A stretch of DNA of 64,000 nt from an uncultured Bacteroidota bacterium (GTDB lineage Bacteria; Bacteroidota; Ignavibacteria; UBA10030; UBA6906), in NCBI GenBank assembly GCA_963700635.1, contig CAVOYH010000003.1:1088001-1152000 (forward strand), written 5' to 3'. Positions within the stretch are counted from its first letter, which is position 1; every line of letters begins with the position of its first letter. The translations under genes and the position numbers were made by a program. Below the pieces are notes generated by a model that was given only the letters and a program-made list of their open reading frames with translations, was not told the DNA's origin and did no database searches. Of the stretch, positions 28,503-36,976 are shown piece by piece.

Positions 28503-30749
28503 ATGAAGTTCCCCCGCATAGCGGCTCTCAACGTGATGAGTCGGCTCGGTGCATGCTGCGTGACATTTCTGCTTGCGGCCTCTTGTGCAGTAGTCCACGC
28601 CCAGATTCCGCAACCGCTGACGGTGGAGTGGATACAGTCGCCTGCGGCGGCGGCACTCCAGGGGACACCTATGTTTGCGTGGCTGGATGATACCCGTCTG
28701 GTCCTCCTGGAGAGGGGAGATACCAGCGAGGTACGAACGCTGCAGCTCCTTGATGTGGTAACCGGTGCGCGCTCTCCACTCGTTGATCCGCTGAAGGCGA
28801 TGGCAACACTCCGTTCCTTCCTGGGTGAAAAGACACCCGGGTCGCTGGCATTCCCTGTCGTAATCGACAACACCGGCCGTCGCGGCGTGTACCTTTTTGC
28901 GGATGACATCTTTCTTCTCCATTTTGACACATCAGAATTTATCCGGGTTTGCGAGAGCGTTGCCAAAGAGAAGTGCTTGACCTTTTCGCCGGACGGCGAG
29001 AACATCGGGTTTGTCAGGGATAACAACCTGTATGTGTACAACATCCGGCAACGCAGGGAATCAGCGCTCACAACCGACGGGTCGGCTACAACATTAAACG
29101 GGACACTCTCATGGGTGTACTGGGAAGAGATATTCGGACGCCATGACACAGGGTACTGGTGGTCACCGGATTCCCGTTCGATCGTGTACTTCCAGAGCGA
29201 TGAAAGTGCTGTCAGCCTCCAGCACTACGTGGACTTCAAGCCCTGGACGCCGCGCTTGATCACACAACGGTATCCGAAAATTGGTCAAACAAATCCATCA
29301 GTGCGGGTCGGCGTCGTCCGGCTCGGTGATACAACAACCACATGGCTTCAGCTCCCTGAACAATCCTATGAGTATGTGGTACGGACGGAGTGGTTGCCGG
29401 ACAGCAAACGATTGGCCGTTCAGACGCTCAACCGTCTCCAGACACGGCTTGATCTTCTCCTTGCGGATGCCGTCACCGGCAACGTGACGCCGTTGTTGAG
29501 CGAAACCGATTCGGCCTGGGTGAATGTTCTTGATGGTCTGACATTCCTGCAGGACGGCAGCGGCTTCCTCTGGCCGTCGGAGCGGGATGGGTATCAGCAT
29601 CTTTACCTGTACACGATGAGCGGTGTTTTGCGGCATCAGGTAACGAAAGGACCATGGACAATCCGGGAGGCGGGTGGAGGGGTGGCCTGGTTGAAGGGTG
29701 GAATTGTCGGTGTAGATGAGAAACGTGCCTGCATATATTTTACCGCACTGGAACACTCGCCAATCCAGCGGCACCTGTACCGGATCCGTTTTGACGGAAC
29801 GGGCTTTGAGCGGTTATCCGTGGAACCAGGATCGCATAGTATCACCTTCAGTCCGGGGGCCAGTTATTATGTTGATCGATATTCCAGCACGAGACACGTC
29901 CCATCACTCACCGTGTATGATCACAACGGAATGCCCGTGCGGGTTGTTTCTGCCGGCGAAAGAGGGCAGAAGGCGGTGTCTGTTCTCCGGACGCCCGAGT
30001 TGTTCACGATTCCCGCGCGGGACGGATTCCCGCTGCCCGCGCAGATCCTGAAACCCGAATCCCCCGAACCCGGGAAACGGTATCCGGTGATCGTTTACGT
30101 GTATGGAGGTCCCTCTGCGCCCACCGTTGTGGATTCGTGGCAGAGAGAATCATTGTGGGAAAATCTGCTCCTTCAAAACGGATATCTGGTGGTACGGTGT
30201 GACAACCGGAGCGCTACAGGTATCAGCAAGAATCTCGAATCCATGCTGCTTCACCGATTCCTGGGGGAGGTTGAACTGCATGATCTGGTGGACGTGGTGC
30301 GTTGGATAAAACATCAGCCATACGTCGATTCCGCACGAATCGGGATTTGGGGATGGAGCGGGGGAGGGTCCAACACCCTTCTCGGGATGACACGTTCCAA
30401 GGAGTTCAAGGCAGGTATTGCGGTAGCCGGCGTGACGGATTTCCGCTTCTATGATACAAAATTTGCCGAGCAGTATATGAAAACGGAGACGGAAAATGCC
30501 CGTGGTTTTGAAGAGCATTCTCTTCTCCGCTATGCCCGGGATCTTCACGGAAGACTCCTCCTTGTGCACGGCACATATGATGACAATGTGCACATTGGCA
30601 ATACGTATGCCTTTGTGGATGAACTTATCAAGGCGAACAAGCAATTTGAAATGATGCTCTACCCGATGCGCATGCATGGGATTGGAGACCGTCCGGCGCG
30701 GATTCACTTGTATAACACCATGCTGGAGTTCTGGAAGCGTAATCTGTAA
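28503..30749 (+). CDS. S9B family dipeptidyl-peptidase IV-like protein
   Basis: DPPIV_N 'WVYWEEIF', 'WWSPD'; 'VYGGP', nucleophile 'GWSGGG', 'DDNVH', 'HGI'. Confidence 0.93.
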   Translation: MKFPRIAALNVMSRLGACCVTFLLAASCAVVHAQIPQPLTVEWIQSPAAAALQGTPMFAWLDDTRLVLLERGDTSEVRTLQLLDVVTGARSPLVDPLKAMATLRSFLGEKTPGSLAFPVVIDNTGRRGVYLFADDIFLLHFDTSEFIRVCESVAKEKCLTFSPDGENIGFVRDNNLYVYNIRQRRESALTTDGSATTLNGTLSWVYWEEIFGRHDTGYWWSPDSRSIVYFQSDESAVSLQHYVDFKPWTPRLITQRYPKIGQTNPSVRVGVVRLGDTTTTWLQLPEQSYEYVVRTEWLPDSKRLAVQTLNRLQTRLDLLLADAVTGNVTPLLSETDSAWVNVLDGLTFLQDGSGFLWPSERDGYQHLYLYTMSGVLRHQVTKGPWTIREAGGGVAWLKGGIVGVDEKRACIYFTALEHSPIQRHLYRIRFDGTGFERLSVEPGSHSITFSPGASYYVDRYSSTRHVPSLTVYDHNGMPVRVVSAGERGQKAVSVLRTPELFTIPARDGFPLPAQILKPESPEPGKRYPVIVYVYGGPSAPTVVDSWQRESLWENLLLQNGYLVVRCDNRSATGISKNLESMLLHRFLGEVELHDLVDVVRWIKHQPYVDSARIGIWGWSGGGSNTLLGMTRSKEFKAGIAVAGVTDFRFYDTKFAEQYMKTETENARGFEEHSLLRYARDLHGRLLLVHGTYDDNVHIGNTYAFVDELIKANKQFEMMLYPMRMHGIGDRPARIHLYNTMLEFWKRNL

Positions 30750-30813
30750 CCGATATACGTCGTATCCGTATACTTCAGATGTACGATGTCCTACATCTCA
30801 CCACGGAGGATCC

Positions 30814-31452
30814 ATGAACCATCTTCGTGTTCTGTCGCGGATGTTGTGTCTTGGGTTCTTCTTTCTTCCGTTGCTACTGCCTGCACAGGATCTGAACACC
30901 AAGGGCAGGTCTTCCCTGGCATTGGAGTTCGGATTGTGGGGAGGGATTGGTGCCTCACACAGCATCGGTACTTCGGGGATCATCTCCGAGGTGAACGGAA
31001 GCGGATTGCTGGGGGGGCTGACATATGCATACGGTCTGGAAGAGAACCTCGCGGTAACTGTTAGTGCCGGGGCCCTCGCCGTCAGGGCCACCTCTGCTGT
31101 CAGCATGTTTTCCGTATCGCAGCATGTAAGTTCGGTCGTTCCGGTTCTTCTCGGAGTCAGGTACTATGTGCCGGCTCCGGCGCCTGACGTGCGCGTGCGG
31201 CCATTCCTTTCTGCTGCTGTGGGGACGTACACCGGTTCGGAGGTGAAGAACGCCGTGCTGGTACAGGAAGCCCGGACCGAGACTGTTTTTGGAGGCCGGG
31301 TGGGAGCAGGGATAGATTTCCACCTGGGTTCACATTTTACGCTTGCGGCGCTTCTCGGGCATCACATGATGGCAGATTTTGCCGCGCCGATCGGAGGGCG
31401 AAGGAACTACAACGGCACCGTGTTCACCATGGGAGTGGGCTATATGTTCTGA
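30814..31452 (+). CDS. Outer-membrane beta-barrel protein (OmpW/OmpA-like barrel)
   Basis: Signal peptide, alternating beta-strands, C-terminal 'MGVGYMF'. Confidence 0.75.
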   Translation: MNHLRVLSRMLCLGFFFLPLLLPAQDLNTKGRSSLALEFGLWGGIGASHSIGTSGIISEVNGSGLLGGLTYAYGLEENLAVTVSAGALAVRATSAVSMFSVSQHVSSVVPVLLGVRYYVPAPAPDVRVRPFLSAAVGTYTGSEVKNAVLVQEARTETVFGGRVGAGIDFHLGSHFTLAALLGHHMMADFAAPIGGRRNYNGTVFTMGVGYMF

Positions 31453-31466
31453 GGCTGGGTGCGCGC

Positions 31467-32460
31467 TCAGGCCCGGTTGGCACTTCCCAGGACGTTGATG
31501 ATTTTGTGTTTGTAGAGCGCCTTGAGCTGTTCCCGGGCGGGGCCCAGATACTTTCGCGGATCAAATTCGGCCGGACTGTCCACAAAGACCTTCCGGATTG
31601 CCGCGGTCATGGCGAGCCGGCCGTCCGAATCGATATTCACTTTGCACACCGATGATGCCGCCGCACGCCGGAGCTGATCTTCCGGAATCCCCACAGCGTC
31701 TTTCAGCTTGCCGCCATGGCTGTTAATGATCTTGACGAGGTCGGGCGCAACCGATGATGCTCCGTGCAGCACAATCGGAAATCCGGGAATCCGGCGTTCC
31801 ACCTCTTCCAGAATATCAAACCGCAGAGGGGGAGGAACAAGGACGCCGTCTGCATTACGGGTGCATTGCTCCGGCTTAAATTTGTTGGCGCCATGCGACG
31901 TGCCGATGGAGATGGCAAGAGAGTCCACGCCGGTCTTCTTGACAAAATCTTCCACCTCTTCCGGTCGCGTGTAATGCGTCACCTCGCTGGAAACGTCGTC
32001 TTCAATGCCGGCACAGCACACCCAGTTCGCCCTCCACGGACACGTCGTGTTTGTGAGCATACTCCACAACCTGCCGTGTAAGCTCTGCATTCTTTTCGTA
32101 CGGGAGATGCGAACCGTCGATCATAACTGACGAGAACCCCAATTCAATGCAGGATTTGCACAGGTCAAAGGTATCACCGTGATCAAGATGCAGGACGATC
32201 GGGATCGGGTAACCCAGTTCATGCGAATATTCAACGGCGCCTTTGGCGAGATGCTTGAGGAGCGTCTGGTTGGCATATTTGCGGGCGCCGCTGGAAACCT
32301 GCAACAGAACGGGTGATTTGGTTTCGACACAGGCGCCGATGATTGCCTGAAGCTGTTCCAGATTATTAAAGTTGAATGCCGGGATGGCATAACCGCCTTT
32401 TACGGCCTTCTGGAACAAATCCTTTGAATTAACAAGTCCAAGTTCTTTATAGTGCGTCAT
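31467..32460 (-). pseudogene. fba: Class II fructose-bisphosphate aldolase (single frameshift near 32010, likely sequencing error)
   Basis: 'YAIPAFNFNN', 'LHLDHG', 'SSVMIDGS', 'VEGELG' | 'AGIED', 'SIGTSHG', 'VLHG', 'KVNIDSD', 'FDPRKY'. Confidence 0.92.
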
Positions 32461-32591
32461 GGTTTACCGTGTTTTGTGTGAAGAATGGGTATACAAATAA
32501 AATGTCGGATTCCCGACGGAAAAGCAAGTCCAGGCGGATTAATTCTGGAGGGGCACACAGCAGGGGTAAATACGGCGGCCCTGCACGCCTG

Positions 32592-34094
32592 CTATTTGAG
32601 ATATACCATTGAGCGGGTCCCATCAAACACGACGGAACCTCCCGACGCTTCGCGGGCGGTGAGGCGGTAAAGATATACACCGCTGGTGACCGGTGACCTG
32701 TTGTTGTCCGTTCCATCCCAACGTGTTGACCAGACTCCGGGATCCCGCAGGTCCTTCATCAATGTCCGCACCTCGCGGCCAAGCGGGTCAAAGACCGTGA
32801 GGGTAACAAAACATTGTCGTGACAGAGAAAATGAGATCGTGGTGGAAGGGTTAAAAGGATTTGGAAAGTTCGGTGAAAGCGAATAGGAACGGGGTATCTG
32901 CTCATCGATCTCTGGAGCCGAAGTGTAGTTCAGACCGTGAGGGCCGAAGACAGGGATAAGCAGGGCATGACAAGCCCGGCAATCTCTGAGTGCCCCGGCA
33001 TAGCCCTGCAGGCGGATATTCTGAAGGTTGTCATTCTCCTCCCGCGAGGGGAGAATTGCATGTGCGCTCCCGTGGCAGGCCGAACAGAACATTTTGCCAT
33101 GGCCCTTTGAGTCCTTGAAGAGTTTCCCCGTTTCTTGTGCATATGTCTTTCCATGGCACGTTGAATCGCTGCACGTAGGCTCATCCAGCCAGGGCCTCCG
33201 CCCGGCAGTGATTGTGGACGCGACCGTGGCGGCTGAGCCATGGCAATCCTGGCAGATCAGAGGCTTCGTCTGGTTTATTGCCATGATGCCCCGCAGGTGC
33301 CGGGTATTCGGACCGGGATGACACCGGTAGCAGGCTGTCATCGTCCCCGCGGGCCCAATGCGGTTCTTATGCTTATCGTGCAGCACAAAGGAGAGAGTTT
33401 TTGCCGAGGTGATGCCTGTTGTGCCGAGTGCCGCTGAAGCATGACATTGCGCGCACAACACGGGTCCGGATTTGTTGAAGCCGGTCATCGATTCGTGATC
33501 GTTCAGAATGTCCTGGTCCGAGCCGTGACAACCGGATTGGATACACCCTACTTCATTGCTTACCGGAATTACGACTTCGGTGGTGGCAAGGACCGTTTGA
33601 CTTCCGCTGACCCTGGCCACAAGCTGAATGAGCTGGAATGGACTCTCCTTTGACAGCGTGGAGTCCGGATACGGCGTAAGAGGAATCCCTCTTGCTTCGA
33701 ACGCATTGCCTGTGGTATCAAGGACGCCGGAAAGTCCTTTGCCGGTGAGTCCGACGTCAGCCGGGAGTGCCTGAGTGAGCCCAAAAAGTTGGGCGGCGTA
33801 TGTCCAGAAGTTTGTCTTTCCACTCGAAGTGGTATTGGATGGGATATGATACTCGATCGTCACATTGTGAGTCACTGCTTTAGGCAGGGCACCAGGAGTG
33901 CGGTACACAAGCTGGGCACGAATGGTGCATGATGGAGGCATCAACGACACTTTTGAATAGTCTTTGCCGGAGCTGTGCATCCCGTACTTGCTCCAGCCGA
34001 TGAGGACATAGTCTTGCGCGTTAACGTGGGCAGAAAACAAAACAACCAAAAAGAGGGACAGCAGTTGGTAGCGGAGCGGCCTGTGCGGGTTCAT
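32592..34094 (-). CDS. Secreted multiheme cytochrome c (7 motifs) with T9SS type-A/FlgD-Ig C-terminal domain
   Basis: Signal peptide; CAQCH, CYRCH, CQDCH, CSACH, CRACH plus CIQSGCH and CSDSTCH; C-terminal 'YSLSPNFPNPFNPSTTISF...LGREVRTL...WDG...SGVYLYRL...SMVYLK'. Confidence 0.88.
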   Translation of the reverse strand: MNPHRPLRYQLLSLFLVVLFSAHVNAQDYVLIGWSKYGMHSSGKDYSKVSLMPPSCTIRAQLVYRTPGALPKAVTHNVTIEYHIPSNTTSSGKTNFWTYAAQLFGLTQALPADVGLTGKGLSGVLDTTGNAFEARGIPLTPYPDSTLSKESPFQLIQLVARVSGSQTVLATTEVVIPVSNEVGCIQSGCHGSDQDILNDHESMTGFNKSGPVLCAQCHASAALGTTGITSAKTLSFVLHDKHKNRIGPAGTMTACYRCHPGPNTRHLRGIMAINQTKPLICQDCHGSAATVASTITAGRRPWLDEPTCSDSTCHGKTYAQETGKLFKDSKGHGKMFCSACHGSAHAILPSREENDNLQNIRLQGYAGALRDCRACHALLIPVFGPHGLNYTSAPEIDEQIPRSYSLSPNFPNPFNPSTTISFSLSRQCFVTLTVFDPLGREVRTLMKDLRDPGVWSTRWDGTDNNRSPVTSGVYLYRLTAREASGGSVVFDGTRSMVYLK

Positions 34095-34201
34095 GTGTTT
34101 CCCTCACGAGAGTGTCGGGTGGTTGAGGGACGTCCCGCTGAAAACGTGAAGATGCCGGCGGGAGTAATTCATACAAAACATACTGCTCTGCGGCGCCAAC
34201 T

Positions 34202-34639
34202 TCAAGGGGTCAACGCCGTTTCGCCCCAGATGGTGGCGACGATGTGTCTACCGCTTCCATGCTGCCTGTGTTCGCCAAGATAGATCCCCTGCCAGATGCC
34301 GCAGTTGAGTTGTCCGTCGGTAATCGGTATGCTCAGCCCGCTTCCCATCAATGAACATTTGATGTGTGCGGGCATATCGTCCGGCCCCTCCGTGTCGTGT
34401 GTGTAGTGACGGGCTTCGTCGGGCGCGACGATGCGCAAATGTCGTTCCATATCTTCACGCACGCTGGGGTCGGCATTTTCGTTTAGTGTCAGAGAGGCCG
34501 AGGTGTGTTTGATAAACAGATGCAGAAGTCCGGTGCGGACTGTGTTGATTTCGGGAAGTGAGGCCAGGATTTCCGGTGTGACAAGGTGGAAACCCCGGGA
34601 ACGAGCCCTGAGTGTGAATTCCTTTTGTATCCACGCCAT
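34202..34639 (-). CDS. yjbQ: YjbQ/UPF0047 secondary thiamine-phosphate synthase family protein
   Basis: 'HTSASLTLNENADP', 'HDTEGPDDMPAHIK', 'GIWQGIYLGEH'. Confidence 0.92.
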   Translation of the reverse strand: MAWIQKEFTLRARSRGFHLVTPEILASLPEINTVRTGLLHLFIKHTSASLTLNENADPSVREDMERHLRIVAPDEARHYTHDTEGPDDMPAHIKCSLMGSGLSIPITDGQLNCGIWQGIYLGEHRQHGSGRHIVATIWGETALTP

Positions 34640-34654
34640 GATCGTGCTCCGTTG

Positions 34655-35140
34655 TTAGGTCTGCTGGTGCGCCATGGAAGCCGGCAGCGGTACCGCGACG
34701 ACCTCACCGTTCGCCGTGGTGACGCCGTCGGCGGAGAGTTCCGTGTGGACTACCACTTTGCGGAGGGTGAAGGTTGTAATGCGGCTGCGCAGCAGCAGCT
34801 TGGTGCCGAGCGGGGTCGGGTGCAGGTAATTCACGTGAAGTGCAGCGGTAACGTACCGGGGTGACGGTGCCTCACCGACCTCCCGTCCGGCTGCTTTTTC
34901 GGCAGCGGCAGCAGCGGCGGCCATACTGTGGCAATCGATGAGTGATGCAATCAATCCCCCGTACACAAAACCCGGGAGCGCTGTGTGATGGGCACGCGGA
35001 ACAAATGTGGCGACAAATTCATCCCCGTCCGTAAACGTCTTGATCTGGAGTCCGTCGCCGTTGAGCCTCCCGCACCCGTAACAATGTGAAAAATCTTCCG
35101 GGTAAAAATCCTGGACTGCTGCTGCACTCTGCTTCGTCAT
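34655..35140 (-). CDS. PaaI/hotdog-fold thioesterase
   Basis: 'CYGCG', 'YGGLIASLIDCH', 'VTAALHVNYLHPTP'. Confidence 0.85.
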   Translation of the reverse strand: MTKQSAAAVQDFYPEDFSHCYGCGRLNGDGLQIKTFTDGDEFVATFVPRAHHTALPGFVYGGLIASLIDCHSMAAAAAAAEKAAGREVGEAPSPRYVTAALHVNYLHPTPLGTKLLLRSRITTFTLRKVVVHTELSADGVTTANGEVVAVPLPASMAHQQT

Positions 35141-35347
35141 ACGATCTCCTTTGTGGTGTGTTTCCACCGTATGCCTAATATGGCAGGCTTTGCACGATTT
35201 GTCAACTGCCGGAGCGGGCCATTCGTGTTCCGGTGCGTATCACGCTCACCTGTAAAACGGTCATCCGTTGATTCTGTCATGAAAAAGCTTGATCATCCAA
35301 TATCAGGAAGAGCCGACAGATTCACAGGGGATGAGGAGAACCGCAGA

Positions 35348-35551
35348 ATGACACTGGAAGATGTCAAATCATCCGTACGCCGTCTGACACCGGGAGAACG
35401 GAGAAAAGTGGCTCTGTACATCCTCGAATTGGAGAAGGATAATTTTCAGGAGAACGTCGGTCCGCACATTGCCGAAGATCTCAAAGGATTTACAAAAGTA
35501 GTTCAGGAATCCATAGACAAAATCAAGAAAAACATCTGGCCCCCGCAATGA
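35348..35551 (+). CDS. Small hypothetical protein (67 aa)
   Basis: RBS GAGGAG; helical protein-like sequence; ATGA overlap with the next gene. Confidence 0.65.
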   Translation: MTLEDVKSSVRRLTPGERRKVALYILELEKDNFQENVGPHIAEDLKGFTKVVQESIDKIKKNIWPPQ

Positions 35552-36915
35552 CCCGACACACGTGGAGTACCCGATTTGTTGGACTGCTGTTTCTGCTCCT
35601 TCTCGCTGCCAATCTGTATGTGTTTCTTGACCGGGAGTGGGAATCTTCGTTCTACCCGACAACGTATGCGACACTGTATTATCCGCTTGACGTTCCGACG
35701 ATCCGTGAATGGAAGGTCGTTGACCGGAATCACCTGCAGCTTAATCTGGAAGGTACTACCACGATTGCGCAATGGCAGGTGTTCACAGACGGAGCTGATC
35801 CGCAAAGCGCGAGCGGCATGACCCCGTCATTCAAAATTGATACAACGTTCAGCGAGCTTCATACGTACCGCCTCGTGCCGGTCCCGCCCGGGGCCTGCCC
35901 CCCCGTGGAAATTACCATCCGGTTCTATTCCACCGAGTTTTACGGATCGCTGGGGATGAAACATACCGATGTGTATGTTGTGCGCTCCAGTGTGCCCTGC
36001 GGCGAGTTCGACCAGCTGACAGTGAAAGATTGGGTTGATGACTACGCGTATGTCGGGGAGGAAGGACTTGCCGAGACCGGGCGGTTGCTGCATGAGGAGG
36101 TGGGGATCCGGGACGGCGAATCAAGTTTTACGCGGATGGAAAAGCTGACCCGTTATCTGCGTATCAAACTCAAGGATGCGCGTGGCGTCCCCAAAGACGA
36201 CGAACGGTGGATGAACCCGTGGGTGCTCTATAACGAAATGGTGAATGGTACGGGGAAGGGCTGGTGCACCCAGCATGCGCAGATCTATGTGTACTGGGCG
36301 AACCGTGCCGGCATCCCGACACGGTTTGTGTTCGGCGCCCGTACGCAGGACAACACCATCGTCTATACGGGCCATGCCTTTGCGGAATCCTACATCCGGG
36401 AACAAAACCGGTGGGCATTTGTTGACCTGTCACATGCCCATATCTACATCACCGACAAAAACGGGCTGGTGCTGAACACGGCCGAACTGTTCCATCTGAA
36501 CCAGCACAACGCATTCGACAGCACGAACGCGCGTGTGTATGTCGATTGGGAATGGCAGGGACGTCTGGGGCTCCAGATGGCCGACACCGTTGTGACGTTG
36601 CCATTCACCCAGTGCAACGCGGAAGTGCGCAGTGAGTTTACGCAACACTCCATCCTCAAATACCGCCGTCCGCCGAATGTGGAGGATGTTCGAGAGATCT
36701 ACACCGGCTTTGTACGCGACAGGACGTTTTTGCTGGGGAATCTCGAGCGCTATCTGTTCAAACCGCAGCTCGCCTATTCGTTCTACCCGACCGAAGGTGG
36801 GGAAACGTATTTCCTCAGGCGCACACTCTTTTTCGGGATGCTTGCAAGTCTGTTGCTCTGGATCTTCTTTGCCGTGCGCAACCGGAAAGGAGCCGTCAGC
36901 CCTCCACAACGCTGA
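35548..36915 (+). CDS. Membrane-anchored transglutaminase-like domain protein
   Basis: N- and C-terminal TM helices; Cys-His-Asp pattern 'GWCTQHA...AGIPTR...GHAFAESY...WAFVD'. Confidence 0.78.
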   Translation: MTRHTWSTRFVGLLFLLLLAANLYVFLDREWESSFYPTTYATLYYPLDVPTIREWKVVDRNHLQLNLEGTTTIAQWQVFTDGADPQSASGMTPSFKIDTTFSELHTYRLVPVPPGACPPVEITIRFYSTEFYGSLGMKHTDVYVVRSSVPCGEFDQLTVKDWVDDYAYVGEEGLAETGRLLHEEVGIRDGESSFTRMEKLTRYLRIKLKDARGVPKDDERWMNPWVLYNEMVNGTGKGWCTQHAQIYVYWANRAGIPTRFVFGARTQDNTIVYTGHAFAESYIREQNRWAFVDLSHAHIYITDKNGLVLNTAELFHLNQHNAFDSTNARVYVDWEWQGRLGLQMADTVVTLPFTQCNAEVRSEFTQHSILKYRRPPNVEDVREIYTGFVRDRTFLLGNLERYLFKPQLAYSFYPTEGGETYFLRRTLFFGMLASLLLWIFFAVRNRKGAVSPPQR

Positions 36916-36976
36916 TCGCCGGTCCGCCGGGGATGTGCTTTACGGGTGAAGTTCTCGCATAGAGCCCGTCCCCGGT

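Noticed and set aside
31995-32030. Programmed frameshift in fba
   Set aside because: There is no slippery heptamer; a small indel in the conserved 'GVLAGIED' motif is better explained by sequencing error.
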